NCBI RefSeq assembly: GCF_009914755.1
Contig: NC_060926.1
Strand: one strand, 5' to 3'
Source of the DNA: the human T2T-CHM13v2.0 reference genome, Homo sapiens
Length of the DNA stretch: 64,000 nucleotides
Part shown: piece by piece, positions 1 to 23,249 of the stretch
Numbering within the stretch: position 1 is the first letter of the stretch
How the letters are laid out: every line of letters begins with the position of its first letter
Program-made: the position numbers and the translations under genes
Notes under the pieces: model-generated
What the model was told of the DNA's origin: nothing
What the model saw: the letters and a program-made list of their open reading frames with translations, nothing else
Databases searched by the model: none

Positions 1-217
1 GCGCCACCATGCCTGGCTAATTTTGTATTTTTAGTAGAGGTGGCGTTTCACCATATTGGTCAGGCTGGTCTCGAACTCCCGACATCAGGTGATCCACCTG
101 CCTTGGCCTCCCAAAGTGCTCGGATTACGGGTGTGAGCCAACACACCTGGCCTAGACATTTTTTAAAGTGTAGTAAATATGTGACATACTGGCAATGTTG
201 CATCACCATATACTTGA

Positions 218-463
<246 letters not shown>

Positions 464-859
464 TAATATTTTGTAGAGACAGGGTTTCACCATGTTGCCC
501 AAGCTGATCTCAAACTCCTGGGCTCAAGCAGTCCAACCATCTCAGCCTCCCAAAGTGCTGGGATTACAGGGGTGAGCCACTGCACCTGGCCTATTTTTAG
601 TTTTTTGAGGAACCTCCAAACCATTCTCTGTAGTAGTTTTATTAATTTACATTCCCACCAACAGTGTATAAGGGTTCCCTTTTCTCCAGACCCTTGCAGC
701 ATTTGTTATTGCCTGTCTTTTGCCATGTTGCCAGGGTTGGTCTCAAACTCCTGGGCTCAAGTGATCCTCCCGCCTTGGCCTCCTAAAGTGTTGCAATTGC
801 AGGCATAAGCCACCATGCCTAGCCCTACAAACATAATTTTTTTTTTTTTTTTTTTTTGA

Positions 860-1045
<186 letters not shown>

Positions 1046-1114
1046 TAGCCAGGATGGTCTTGATCTCCCGACCTCGTGATCTGCCCATCTTGGCCTCCCA
1101 AAGTGCTAGGATTA

Positions 1115-1315
<201 letters not shown>

Positions 1316-1354
1316 TTAGCTGGGCATGGTGGCGCATGCCTGTAATCCCAGCTA

Positions 1355-1462
<108 letters not shown>

Positions 1463-2593
1463 TCAAAAAAAAAAGAAAGAAAATTATACATTGTTGAAAT
1501 AATTTTATTTCATTAGATATGCATAATAATTTTTAGCTCTACAATTTTATGTTCGCTTGTGTTTTTGAGTCTGTAAATCATAATGATGGGCCTATTGGGC
1601 ATTCATTTCAATATAGTATTAGTGTAACAGAGCAAAGAGTATATGAATACTCATGATCCTACCACATTTGGGGATATAGTCTGTAGACCCTTTTTGTGCC
1701 CATGTGCACACACTCACATACATTTTTTTTTTTTTTGAAACAGAGTCTTGCTCTGTTGCTCAGGCTGGAGTGCAGTGGTGCCATCTCAGCTCACTGAGCC
1801 TCTACCTCCCAGGTTCAAGTGATTCTTCCGCCTCAGCCTCCTGAGTATCTGGGATCACAGGCATGTACCTACCACGCCCTGCTAATTTGTGTATTTTTAG
1901 TAGAGACAGGGTTTCACCACGTTGGCCAGGCTGGTCTCAAACTCCCGACCTCAGGATCCACTCACTGCGACCTCCCAAAGTGCTGGGATTACAGGTGTGA
2001 ACCACTGCACCTAGCCATAAATTTTTAAAAATGCAGTTACATTATGCTGGTGTTTAATACGGTCTTTCCCCTCTAAAAATAGATTGTAGATTGGCTGGAT
2101 GTGGTGGCTCACACCTGTAATCCCAGCACTTTGGGAGGCCGAGGTGGGCGGATCATGAGGTCAAGAGTTTGAGACCAGCCTGGCCAACATAGTGAAACCC
2201 TGTCTCTATTAAAAATACAAAAAAATTAGCTGGACATGGTGGCAGATGCCTGTAATCCCAGCTACTTGGGAGGCTGATGCAAGGAGAATCACTTGAACCT
2301 GGGAGGTGGAGGTTGCAGTGATCCAAGATTTCGCCACTACACTTGAGCCTGGGCGATGCTGTGAGACTCTGTCAACAAATCACATCTAAACAATTTTTCA
2401 TGACTGCATAGTATTTTATTTTGGGGTATAGTATGATTTTGACAACCTAAATATATCTATAGAGAACTGATTACTGGCCGGGTGCAGTGGCTCACGCCTG
2501 TAAATCCCAACACTGTGGGAGGCTGAGGTGGGAGGAATCCTTGAACTAGCTTGTGCAAGAGGGCGAGACCCCATCTCTACAAAATGTGTTTTA

Positions 2594-2817
<224 letters not shown>

Positions 2818-3297
2818 TTATACATATTTGTATTTTTTTAATATAAAAATTTGAAAGGGAATGTGGAGTCTTAGGAAGATCCATATTTAAAATTGTTATT
2901 TTATGATGCTCTCCAGGCAGGTTATAGAAAATTATGTAGGTTAAGAATGTTTCTAGGATATTCAAAATTTAGTCCTCTTTTAAGAGTAGGTAATGAGGAT
3001 GGCCACCCATTGCAACATGGGTTGAAAAAATAGAGTCATCCAAAACCATCTCATGGAATTCTTATTTATTTGTTTATGGGTTTATGACTTATATTTACAC
3101 CATTAGAATATAACACCTTAAGGGTAGGTGGGCACTGTCTTATTCCCAGCATTTTTCCTGGTTTAGAATACTGCCGGGCACATAACCCACACCTAATAAT
3201 AAGTATTTGACTTTTTTTTTTGAGACAGAGTGTTGGCCAGGCGCGGTGGCTCAAGCCTCTAATCCCAGCACTTTGGGAGGCCGAGGCGGGCGGATCA

Positions 3298-3730
<433 letters not shown>

Positions 3731-3992
3731 TAGCCAGGATGGTCTCGATCTCCTGACCCCATGATCCGCCTGCCTCGGCCTCCCAAAGTGCTGAGATTAC
3801 AGGCATGAGCCACCGCGCCCGGCCTCTTTAATGACTGATTTTTGTGTAGACTCCAGGATATATAAGCCTCTTAGAGGTTTAAGCGTGGCTTATGTGCTTT
3901 TCTGTGGTTTAGCTGTTGGCTCTGAATTAGGAGAGAACAATATATCTTATTGCTGTTTGGGAAAGCTTGGATTATTTTGTCAGCTTAGAATT

Positions 3993-3993
<1 letters not shown>

Positions 3994-4033
<40 letters not shown>
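3994..4033. repeat. (GT)20 microsatellite
   Basis: Uninterrupted GT run. Confidence 0.95.
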
Positions 4034-4035
<2 letters not shown>

Positions 4036-4075
4036 TTTTTGTTTTAATCAGCTTTTGCTTGTCTTTCTCTTTAGG

Positions 4076-5274
<1,199 letters not shown>

Positions 5275-5371
5275 ACATCAAATTTGAGAACATCCTGAGC
5301 AGGTAGGTACCTTATGAAGATTTTGATCTCTTTCCTACTATGATCTTTCTCTGACATCATGAGAATGCTCA

Positions 5372-5854
<483 letters not shown>

Positions 5855-6468
5855 TTACACTAAATTTTATAGGGACAATTATGTTAGGTTAAGATACTCT
5901 GTTTTTCATATATTTCATAACAGAATTTGTGATACTCTGAAATCCCAGTTGTATTTGTCCTGAGAAGTTTGTGTTCTGGGAAAGGAATACTGTTGCTTCA
6001 GCTATTTAGTTATTTGCCCCATTACTGCAAGGTTCCTGTGTTGTTTATTTTAGATAGTTCATTTTGACATTTAGATAAACCAAAGCCAAACACACAAGCA
6101 TGCCCAGAATTAGTCCCTGAACTTCATTCCAGGGTAAAGATAAGACATTTAGACTTCTCCAGTACAGATAAATATATTACAACTACTGAAAAATGGGTGT
6201 TATGTGACTCTTGTATTTTTAGATACAGAATGACAGTGAAGGTCTTAAAAAATTTCTATCAGTTAAACTTATGGGAAAATTTATATTCACTTATAGATCC
6301 TACTTTTCAATTATAGGTTATGCCTAGGATTCTGTGACTCAATAACACCTTTTAATAACACGAATGAAAAATATTTAAATTCCCCTGAACTATATGTTGT
6401 CCTATTCAGCTCTATATTGTGTCTTGCCTTTGAAAAAATGGACTTCATTGAGGTATAAACTGCATCTA

Positions 6469-7003
<535 letters not shown>

Positions 7004-7749
7004 TAGTAGAGATGCGGTTTCTCCATGTTGGTCAGGCTAGTCTCAACCTCCCGACCTTAGGTGATCCGCCTGCCTCAGTCTCCCCAAGTGCTGGGATTAC
7101 AGTCGTGAGCCACTGCGCCTGGCCAATTCGGTGAGTTTTTATAATTGTATAATAGTCATGAAACTCCCCACCATACTCAACATACAGTACATTTTTATCA
7201 TCCCCCAAAGATTCCTTATGCCCCTTTGTATTCTGTTTGCCCCTTGCCCTTAGCACCAGGCAATGACTGATCTGCTTTAGATTACTTTGTATTCTCTAGG
7301 ATTTCATATGAATGGAATCTATATGCACTTGTGTGTGATGTCTTTTGCTCTGAACAATGTTTTTGATATTTATCCATATTGTTACATAATCTATTCCTTT
7401 TATTGCTGAGTAGTAACTTATATGGATGTATCACATTTTGTTGATCACCAATTTATGAACAGTTGTTTACGTATTGTAAATAAATTGCTATTGTATGAGT
7501 TTTTGTGTGATATATGATTTCATTTTCCTGTTTTGTTTTTGGTTTTCATTAATAAAAAAGATTGGTTCTAGTAGTCAGGCATTGTGGCTTGTGCCTATAG
7601 TCCCAACTATCCAGAGACCAAGGCAGGAGGATCACTTGAGCCCAGGAGTTCAAGTCCAGCCTGGGCAACATAGCAAGACCCTGTCTCTTAAAATAATTGG
7701 TTCTAATAGTTCTTGTTAGTGGCAAAAATTAGGGGAAAGAAGTACATCA

Positions 7750-8260
7750 ATAATTTACTTATTCAATAAATACTTGTTGAATGCCAAGTATAATGCCATG
7801 TGCTTAAAACACAATGGTGAACAAGGACTCAGCCCCTGCTCTTATTTTAGCTTATACTTTAATGAACAAGCTAAGCACATTTACAAGTAGTAAGAATTAT
7901 GGGGATTGTGTGCATAAGTATAGAATGTTATGGAAGTATGTGATAGGGGATCCCGCCTCAGTGGTCTGGGGTAATTAGAGTAGGAGTCTTCAGAGAAATG
8001 TTTAAGAGGAACAGAAAGTAAATAAATGAGGCACTCCAGGTAAAGAGAACAGAATGCATGAAGGCCTTGATGTGAAAAAGAGAATGGTACTTTATGTGTG
8101 CTATCTGGATGAAGCTGGAGGGATTTGGAGTTTCTAGATTATGTAGGTCCTTGTACAACATCTTAAGGATTTTGGAAATTTTCCTGAAGATGGTAGGAAA
8201 TCACTAAAATGTTTCAAGCAAGGACGTGACGTGATCAAATTGTGGATCTTATCATTGCAG
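7750..8260 (-). mobile_element. L2 fragment
   Basis: ATTCAATAAATACTTGTTGAATGCC-type L2 3' end followed by degenerate purine-rich L2-like sequence. Confidence 0.55.
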
Positions 8261-8374
8261 TTTAATATATACTGTCTTTTTTTTTTTGAGTAAATTATTT
8301 ATAGTCCCTTCATTATCAGAAATTCTGCCCATTATTTAAAATTCTATTACTTTTAATAATAATTTTTAGTAATA

Positions 8375-9040
8375 CTAAGTATATACCCAAAAGGAAGGAA
8401 ATCAGTATATCAAAGAGATGTTTGCACTCCCCTGTTTACTTCACCATTGTTCACAATAGCCAAGATTTGGAAGCAACCTAAGTGGCCATCAACAGGTGAA
8501 TGAATAAAGAAAATGTGGTACATATACACAATGGAGTACTATTCAACCATAAAAAAGAATGAGATTCTGTTATTTGCAACAACATGGATTGGAGGACATT
8601 ATGTTAAGTGAAATAAGCTAGGCACAGAAAGACAAATTTTGCATGTTCTTACTTGTTTGTGGGAGCTCAAAATTAAAACAATTGAACTCATGGAGATACA
8701 GAGTAGAAAGATGGTTATCAGAGGCTGAGAAGAATAGTGGCAGAGGGGGTAAGGACAGGGCAGAAGTGGGGATGGTTAATGGGTACAAAAGTATAATTAG
8801 ATGGAATGAATAAGATCTAATATTTGATAGCACAAGGTGACTACAGTCAACAATAATTTATTGTACATTAAAAATAACTAATAGAGTATAATTGGATTGT
8901 TTGTAATACAAAGAATAAATGCTTAAGGGGATGCATATGCCATTTACCCTGATGTGATTGTTAACTCATTGCATGTCTGTATCAGAATATTTCATTTACC
9001 TCATATATACCTACTATGTACCCACAAAAATAAAAAAATT
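8375..9040 (+). mobile_element. L1 3' end (L1MA-type)
   Basis: AAAATGTGGTACATATACACAATGGAGTACTATTC ... ATACCTACTATGTACCCACAAAAATAAAAAAA. Confidence 0.85.
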
Positions 9041-9161
9041 TTTTGTAAGAGATGCTATCAAGAAGGTGAGTAAAATATTGCAGTAAGACTAGGACCACTC
9101 CCCATTTTATTATTTTATTTCTGAATAAGTAAAAAAATTTATTTTTAATTTTTGTTTTTGA

Positions 9162-9441
<280 letters not shown>

Positions 9442-9821
9442 TGAATATGTAGAATTTAAATATGCAGATGCTACTGGAATACTAAAGTTTTAAATTCCCA
9501 TTTATGTAAGAGAAGGCTACTTGCTGGAAGTAAATCGGGGATAAAGCCAAGAGGCCTGGTATTTGATTTTCGGTAACAGTCTATAACCAAGTAACTTACC
9601 TACTAACTTATCTAGTTACTTGTTACTTGTTATCTAGTAACTTGTTACGTTATTGAGCACTCATTTATAGTACTTGCTCTGAGTCTGTGAGGAGGAAGTC
9701 TTTAGGAGAAGCAGGGATTATCAGAACAATTTACAGTTGTGCTTTAATGGACAAAACCAAAACATGATTACAATTTGACAATTTTGTTTATATATAGTGC
9801 TTAGTATATTTATATAAACTC

Positions 9822-10560
9822 TCTAGAGCTGCACTATCTAAAATAGCACTAGAGACACGTGGTTATATTAGTTGGCTTGGACTGCCACAACAAAATACAA
9901 TAGACTCGATGTCTTGAAACAACAGCAATTTATTTTTTCACAGCTCTGGAAGCTGGGAAGTCCAAGATCAAGGTGCTAGATGACTTGGATCCCTGGTAAG
10001 GGCTCTATTCCTGGCTTGCAGATGGCCACCTTCTCTCTGTGTCCTCACATAGCACAGAGAGAGGAAGCAAGCTCTGCAGTGTCTGTTCCTATAGGGTACT
10101 AATCCTATCTCATGACGTCCTTGAAACCTAGTTACCTCCAGAGGCTCCATGTCCAAATAACATCACATTGTGGGTTAGGGTTTCAGTAAGTGAATTTGAG
10201 GGGGACACAATTTTAAGTCTTACAGCAGTGGCTATTTAAATTTACATTGCAATTAATTGAAATTAAAACAATACTAAAAATTCAGTTCCTCAGTCACACT
10301 AACCGTATTTCAAGTGCTTAATATCCAAATAAGGTGACTGAGAGTGATGGTTCACACCTGTAATCCCAGCACTTTGGGAGGCCAAGTTAGGAGGATTGGT
10401 TGAGCCCAGGAAATTGAGACCAGACTGGGCAACATAGCCAGACCCCATCTCTATCTAAAAAATAAAAATAAAAAAATATGACTACTGGTTACTGTATTAG
10501 ACAATGTAGATTATAGAATATTTCCATTTTCACAGAAAATTATATTGGATGGTGCTGATA
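9822..10560. mobile_element. hAT-Charlie MITE (MER33/MER3-like) interrupted by a MaLR MLT1 LTR (~9862-10227) and an Alu monomer
   Basis: AAAATTCAGTTCCTCAGTCACACTA and TAGAATATTTCCAT motifs; MLT1 motifs GGGAAGTCCAAGATCAAGG and GGGGGACACAATT. Confidence 0.65.
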
Positions 10561-10947
10561 TATAGTATATGGAAGTCTGTCATGATAGCTATTGATACAC
10601 AAAAGACGTTAGTCTTATTTTGAGTGAGATACAATGCTGTGATTGTGTCTTACTTGAAGTCTGCTTTCCTCAGTAAAAATCCATTATAATGAACTCCTTT
10701 AAGAAGTGGAGAGTTTTTTGTTTGTGGGGAGTGATTAGTTTTATTTTAAAGTGTTTTTTGGCCCAAAATGGTTAGTTTTATTTTAAAGTGTTTTTGGATT
10801 ATTTTCATGGTATGTTCTTTTGTGTACTTTTTATCTTAAAATTAAAGTAGTATTGCCAGGGGCGGTGGCTCACGCCTGTAATCCCAGCACTTTGGGAGGC
10901 CAAGGTGGGCAGATCATGAGGTCAGGAGATCGAGACCATTCTGGCTA

Positions 10948-11151
<204 letters not shown>

Positions 11152-11239
11152 TTAAGTAGTATTGCTAATTACCTGTTTCAGATCTCATCACAAAGGACAC
11201 TATGTTTTTTTGTTTGTTTGTTTGTTTTTGTTTTTTTGA

Positions 11240-11446
<207 letters not shown>

Positions 11447-11607
11447 TAAACTCCTGACCTCATGATCCGCCCATCTCGACCTTCCAAACTGCTGGGATTA
11501 CAGGCGCGAATCACTGCGCCCGACCGATTGGTTCTATTTATGTAGCACTTTTCTTTCTTTCTTTTTTTTTTTTTTTTTTCCAGAGGGAGTCTCGCTCTGT
11601 CGCCTAG

Positions 11608-11781
<174 letters not shown>

Positions 11782-12590
11782 TGAACTCCTGACCTCAGGT
11801 AATTCACCAGCCTCGGCCTCCTAAAGTGCTGGGATTACAGGTATGAGCCACTGTGTCCAGACTGTATAGCACTTTTCAAAGCCCTTTCATATATCTCTGC
11901 TACTCACAGTGAACCCGAGTGTGGAGATTGCATGTAAACTATACAGTATACATGGCTTCATATGTGGGTGTCTCTTAGAAGACACACAATAGTGTGAACT
12001 CTCCTAATAACTGTATATAAATGTGTAAGTTGAACCTGTATTCTTTCCTTTTTTCACTCCTTTCTTTTTTTTAAAGTGCCTTGGGATTTTTAGAAGGGGA
12101 TATACCTTTCCAATAACCCATATACTATTGTCTGCCAAATTGACCATATTTTCAAAACAGATTTATTATCTATCTACCTACCTACCTACCTATCAATCAT
12201 CTGTCTCTCTATTGAGAGACACTAGTATTAGCATCTGATCCAAAACAATGAATGAGATTAAACCTCATGTAATAAGATTTTGAGTTAGAATAATAAATAG
12301 CCTTATATGTGTTTGGGTTTTGCATACTGTAGCTGTCATATCATGTTTCAGTTATTCATTGCTTCAGATGATTAAGGGTTTTTTTTTTGTGCTCAGCCTT
12401 AATATAGCTCATTTATCATGAACATGATATAATAATTTTTCATGACTATTATCTATTTCTAGTGATTTCTTCATCAATATAGATTTATAATGACTTTTTT
12501 TAGAATGAAAGAAGAAACAGAAAAATGACATAAAGATCAATTATTTTTAGCAAGCAATAATATAAAGATATATTATTTTTAGCAATATTT

Positions 12591-12627
<37 letters not shown>
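12591..12627. repeat. Compound (TA)n(GA)n microsatellite
   Basis: TA run switching directly to a GA run. Confidence 0.93.
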
Positions 12628-12751
12628 TATTATAGATAAGCCATTAAAATCTTTGGAAACCTATGCTAATTTTTCTGTGTCATACTTTCATCTTTTTCCC
12701 CCAACATCATATAGTAGAATGAGACACTTCTACTCAAAGGACAAGACATAG

Positions 12752-13104
<353 letters not shown>

Positions 13105-13315
13105 TAAATGATATGGTAACACATGGACAATTCTGTATAGTGATACTTTTTGTTTAAAGCATTTATTTGCCATATATATAATATTTAAAAAATTTTTGAG
13201 CCAGGTACTGTGGCTCACTCCTGCAATCCCAGCACTTCCGGAGGCCAAGGCAGGAGGATCACTTGAGTCCAGGAGTTTGTGACCAGCCTGGGCAACATAG
13301 CAAGACCTTGTCTCT

Positions 13316-13349
<34 letters not shown>

Positions 13350-14377
13350 GCACACAAAAATTAGCCGGGCTTGGTGGCATGTGCTTGTGGTCCCAGCTAC
13401 TCAGGAGACTTAGGTGGGAGGATCCCTTGAGCCTGAAAGCCGGAGGTTGCAGTGAGCCAAGGTTGTGCCACTGCACTCAAGCTGGGCAATATTACTGAGA
13501 CCCTGTCTCAAAAAAAATTTTTTTTTTTAAATTAAATGCTTAATTCTCTTATAGTCTATCTTTGTTAGTGTGCTCAGTTAGAATTTGGCCTCTGCTGTAT
13601 TCTGTCAAATTGTCCTCTTTATCCTTTCTATAGCTCTGAGTTTAACAGATCTTTAGAATAGATGATAACCAGTGGTGATTGTTTCTTTAATGTGCACATT
13701 TTTCTTTATTCAAAAAGATGGCTTTCTTTTTATTTGACGTGTATTTTTTGCATTCTCTAACCCAATTTTCTTATACATTTGGGACTTCAATTTGTATCTG
13801 CCTATAAGCAAACTTACTTATAATTACAATTTTTATCCCTGCCAAATCTTCCCTGTGTATAAATTGGTTATCATTAGGTTCTAAAAAGTTTTTATAGAGT
13901 TAGTTTGAAAAGCTGTTCTTCATAATTGTGTACAGTTTCTAGAGTTTTACATTTATGGACCTACCTTGCATGCAATATCTTGAAGACAGAAAAAGTGTAG
14001 GCTGTTCTCAAAACGTTGGAGTGAGAAAGTAAGATGTCCTGCTGCCAAATATAAAGTTGTTTTTATACTGTCTCTCTGCTGAAAATCCTTTTTATTTTTC
14101 TCCTTTAAGCCTTCCTCTTTGATTGAGTGCACTCTCTTCTTTTCTAAGGTTTTAGTTTTTTGGATACTTGTTTAACAAACTTTTTGTCAGCTACCATTTG
14201 GCAGCTCACTTTCACAACCCTCACACTCCTCTTTTTACCTACTTTTAGTTGTTTGGCAAACATCTATATTTTTGTACAACTTTGGCAAAAATGATTTATC
14301 AATGTAGCTCCATACCTGTTGAATAAAAATAGTAGAAATTATACATCACAAGAAATAGAACCTTATTAAGAATTTTC

Positions 14378-15371
14378 TTTACATTTAACTTTTAAGTTCA
14401 GGGGTACATGTGCAGGTTTGTTATATATGTAAACTTGTGTCATGGGGGTTTGTTGTACAGATTGTTTCATCACCCAGGTATTAAGCTTAGTATTTCATTA
14501 GTTATTTTTCCTGATCCTCTCCCTCCTCCCACCCTCCACCCTTTGCTGGCCCCAGTGTGTGGGGTTCCCCTCTATGTGTCCATGTGTTTTCATCATTTAT
14601 CTCCCACTTATAATTGAGAACCTGTGGTGTTTGGTTTTCTGTTCCTGTATTAGTTTGCTAAGGATAATGGCCCCAAAACCATACAAATTCTGGAAGACAG
14701 CCTAGGCAATACCATTCTGGACATAGGAACAGGCAAAGTTTTCATGACGATGCCAAAAGCAATTGCAACAAAAGCAAAAGCAAAACAAAAAACAAAAGCA
14801 AAACGAGATTTAATTAAACATAAGAGCTTCTGCATGGCAAAAGAAACTATCAACAGGGTAAACAGACAACCTACAGAATGGGAGTAAATTTTTGCAAACT
14901 ATGCAACTGACAAAGGTGTAATAACCAGCATCTATAAGGAGCTTAAACAAATTTACAAGAAGAAAGCAACCTCGTTAAAAAGTGGGCAAAGGAAATAGAT
15001 AGTTTTCAAAAGAAGACATGCATATGGCCAACAATTATATGAAAAAACGGCTCAGTATCACTGATCATTAGAGAAATGCAAATCAAAGTCACAACGATAT
15101 ATCATCTCACACTGGTCAAAATGGCTATTATCAAAAAGTCAAAAAATAACATATGCCAGGAAGGTTGTGGAGAAAAAGGAACACTTATACACTGTTGGTG
15201 GGAGTCTAAATTAATTCAGCCATTTTGGACACATGCACGTGTATGTTTGTTGCAGCACTGTTCACAATAACAAAGACGTAGAATCAATCTAAATGCCTAT
15301 CAGTGCTAATCTGGATAAAGAAAATGTGGTAAATATACACCATGGAATACTATGCAGCCATAAAAAAGAAT
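14378..15371 (-). mobile_element. 5'-inverted, truncated L1PA element
   Basis: 14378-14672 is an antisense L1 3'UTR. 14672-15371 is sense L1 ORF2-end sequence finishing GCAGCCATAAAAAAGAAT. Confidence 0.85.
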
Positions 15372-16133
15372 TCTTAAAGGTTGATTCTACATCTGAAAAT
15401 TACTTGAAATTAAACTAAAAAAGCCCAGTGTAAATTTTTTGGCATTTGACATTAGAATATCCATGCTATGGAGAAAAAGAAAACTTTAAGAATATTTTTT
15501 AAACAGAGAAGAAGAACATACTGTACTGATATCTTGAAGGATTTCAAGCTAAACTAAAAATTCAATAGAAAAAATAAAATTAGTGCTAAAGGAAGTAAAG
15601 AACAGACATTGTAGTACAAAATTGAATAAGAGGATTGGAAGAACACCTTGAGAAACTCTCACAGAAGCAGAGGAAACAATGAGAACGATAAAAGAGAATG
15701 TGCTGATTTTGGAGACCATGGATCCATAATCATATATCCATAATATAATATGGATCCATGTCATCATTTCCAAAAAAAGACATAAGAAAAATGAATGAAA
15801 ACAGTTAACAGAGCATACATTAATATTATTTTCCTGACCTGAGAAAAGACCAAACTTTTTTTTTTTTTTTTTTAAGAGATAGGGTATCACTCTGTTACCC
15901 AGGATAGGCTACAGTATTGCCCTAGTAACCCAGACTCTAGGGTGCAGTGGTGCGATAGTTCACCATAGCCCTGAACTCCTGGGCTCCAGCTATCCATCTG
16001 CCTCAGCCTCCCAAGTAGCTGGGACTGCAGGCATGCACTACCATATTTAAAAATTTTTTAATTCCTTGTGGTTACCTTACTGTGTTGCCCGGGCTGGTGC
16101 AAACTCCTGGCCTCAAGCAGTCCTTCTGCCTCA

Positions 16134-16549
<416 letters not shown>

Positions 16550-16949
16550 CTAGTATGTTTGTTGAATAAAAGAACATCAATAAGCATGTGTAATTAGTCT
16601 AACCTTCCTAGGTTGTTGAAAAGGAACTAAAATCAAGCTTCACCTCCAAAAATATAATGCTTATAATGACCTGTGCAAACAGTTTTGAACAAAAATGATA
16701 ATTCCAGGAAGAAGGGGAAGCTAGAAAATTGAGAGTTTTAAATCAGAAGCAGCAGTTCAATTGAGAATAAGAATTGACTGGATTCAGTTGTTTAGCTAAT
16801 GATAAGAAAAAAAGAAAAAATGACATCCCTTTGACATTTTCTTAGTTATTCCACAAACATATCTGCATAATTTATATTTTATTGTATTTTTCTTATCTTT
16901 TTAAAGGTAAGAAATCGTAATATACTTTTTTCTTTTTTTATCATTCAAT

Positions 16950-17022
16950 TTCTTTTTTTATTATTATTATACCTTAAGTTCTAGGGTACTGTGCACAACG
17001 TGCAGGTTTGTTACATATGTGT
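16950..17022 (-). mobile_element. Very short L1PA 3' end
   Basis: TTATTATTATACCTTAAGTTCTAGGGTAC..GTGCACAACGTGCAGGTTTGTTACATATG. Confidence 0.8.
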
Positions 17023-17768
17023 GTAGTATACATTTTCTTTGTTGTTTCCCGTATGTGGTTGGGGTAGCATTTTGAAGAGATGGTCTTTCCACCTGCAAAG
17101 CTATTTGTATATTAGAATATTTAATTCTCCTGGGGACTGGACTAAAAGCCAGTGAAAATGCTTCAGGCATTTTGACAGGTAAACCAAAACAAAGTAAAAT
17201 ACCACTTCCACACATTTCCAAATTCTTCTCCCTTGCATGCAGTCCTGCCAAAATTAGGAACCACTATTTTTTTTTTTTTTTTTTGAGATGAAGTCTTGCT
17301 CTGTCGCCCAGGCTGGAGTGCAGTGGCGTGGTCTCAGCTCACTGCCTCCCGGATTCAACTGATTCTCCTGCCTCAGCCTTCTGAGTAGCTGGGATTACAG
17401 GCATGCGCCTGCATGCCCAGCTAATTTTTGTATTTCTAGTGGAGACGGGGTTTCACCATGTTGGCCCGGCTGGTCTCAAACTCCTGACCTCGTGATCTGC
17501 CAGCCTCTGCCTCCCAAAGTGCTGGGATTACAGGCGTGAGCCACCGTGCCCAGGCTAGTAACCACTGTTTATCTATTAATTTGTACTCAGGGTGTTAATA
17601 GAGCACGTTAATTGATTTTTTGAATATTGAACCAGGCTTGCATATCTGGGATAAACCACCCCGTACCTTTTTTTTTTTTTAACTATACTTTTTTTTTAAA
17701 TGCTGAACTATCCACAGGCCCTTATGGTTTTGTTTTTTGTTGTTGTTGTTGTTGTTTTTGTTTTTTGA

Positions 17769-17876
<108 letters not shown>

Positions 17877-18964
17877 TAGCTGGGATTACAGGCGTACACC
17901 ACCATGCCCGGCTAATTTTTTGTATTTTTAGTAGAAACAGGGTTTCACCATGTTAGCCAGGCTGGTCTCGAATGCTGACATCAGTTGATCTGCCTGCCTT
18001 GGCCTCCCAAAGTGCCTGGGATTACAGGTGTGAGCCACTGTGCCTGGCCAACATTGGATTTTTCAGTTGTATTACCAGTTTTATGTTCAAAACTCCTTTA
18101 AGAGGTTCTATTTTTATGCATTGTCTTTACTTAACCCAATCTCTTCATTTATAAATATGTAAATATTATGTATTTAGAAAATATATAATGGTAAAGTTTG
18201 AAAGGATGCCTGAGTAACCAAGAACAGTGGTTTCCTGGGGTGGAAGGAGGGCAACATCGGAATAGACAAATGGGAACAAGGGTATGAGTGAAGCTTTTCA
18301 CTATATAATCATTTATAAAATGGACAGATTGATCGGCTGACACTAAAGTTCTTTTCAGTGTTCTAATCCTATGAATCATGTCTAGAATATTTAAACTATT
18401 GATAAAAGACCAGCATCTACAAAATTTTTAAGTTTTCTTATTATTGTTGGTTAATTTCATCTCCAGAATTTAGTTATTAGTTTTGTTCAGAAACATTATT
18501 TAAATAAATCAGCCTCAGTGCTATGGTGCGTATGAATTAAGCCATACTAAAGGTACACATCCAAAATAAAGAAACAAGTCAGAAGCCCCCAAGGAATATA
18601 TTGGCCAAGTGTATTAGACTATTATTTTAGCTAATCAAACACATTAGGAAAGCCTACTGTAAGAAATGAAATTAAAGATCAGATATTGCTTTCGATAACC
18701 TTTTACTTTAGTATTCTCAGCAATGTTGGTAAATATTTATTAGCTGATAAATTATGTGGCAAATGTTCTACAAAAATTAGTTAAATCGGATTATGTGTGT
18801 GGAGAAAGATTGGCATTAAAAGTACATTAGGTTGTCCTTTTAGGATAAGTCTATTGAGCATTTCTTTTTCTGGTTATTATATTGATAATTTGAATAACAG
18901 AAAGTAATTTTTTTGGTCGTGCATGGTGGCTCACGCCTGTAATCCCAGCACTTTTGGAGGCCTA

Positions 18965-19258
<294 letters not shown>

Positions 19259-19813
19259 TCACTCAATTTAAGTGAACAATTCAGTTATTTTTTTTGCAAA
19301 TGTACACACTTGTGCAATGGTTACCAGTTTAATTTTAGAACATATATATACCCTAAAAAGAAACCATGTACCCATTCATAGTTACTCTTTGTATCATTAG
19401 TTTACCATACCTAATTATGTATGTAACTTTGTATAACTGACTATAAAATATGATAAAAGTAAGTACTATGCAATTTCCAGAATTATTCAGCCTTCTAGGT
19501 TTGTTTTGAAGACTTGGTAATTTTGAACATGGACATTTTCTTTGATGATATTTTTTATTTGGACACCAAAATTATTTAATAGAAGCAAGAGTGGTGAGAA
19601 TAATTTGAGTACGAGGGGATTGCTTTTGGGAAATGAGAATTTTAAAATTTCCTTCTTGTTTGGAGTTTACAAATGAATTCATGAACAGAAGAACGTCATT
19701 GAATGTAAAATTAGAAATTTATGTAAAGATTTCAGTTCAAATAATTTAGTAGGGAAATTTATGAAGTCATTCGGATAAGACAAAGATTTTATATAATATT
19801 TTGAAAACATTAA

Positions 19814-22733
<2,920 letters not shown>

Positions 22734-22979
22734 TAAAGTAACCAACTTTTCTTTGTATTTCCTTTCTCCAAAGATTTGCAAAATATAAAAAAACTTAAAA
22801 AACATTCAAGGTTGAAGCCAGGCGTGATGGCTCATGCCTGTAATGCCAGCACTTTGGGAGGCCGAGGTGGATGGATCACCTGAGGTCAGAGTTTGAGACC
22901 AGCCTGGTGAAATCCCGTCTCTGCCAAAAGTAAAAAATTCGCCGGGCGTAGTGGTAGGCGCCTGTAATCCCGCTACTCA

Positions 22980-23249
<270 letters not shown>

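Noticed and set aside
9590-9650. Degenerate GTTACTT/AAGTAAC repeats with partial palindromy
   Set aside because: Short low-complexity sequence with no consistent period.
10735-10797. 26-bp direct repeat with a 10-bp spacer
   Set aside because: A simple local duplication in T-rich DNA with no further structure.
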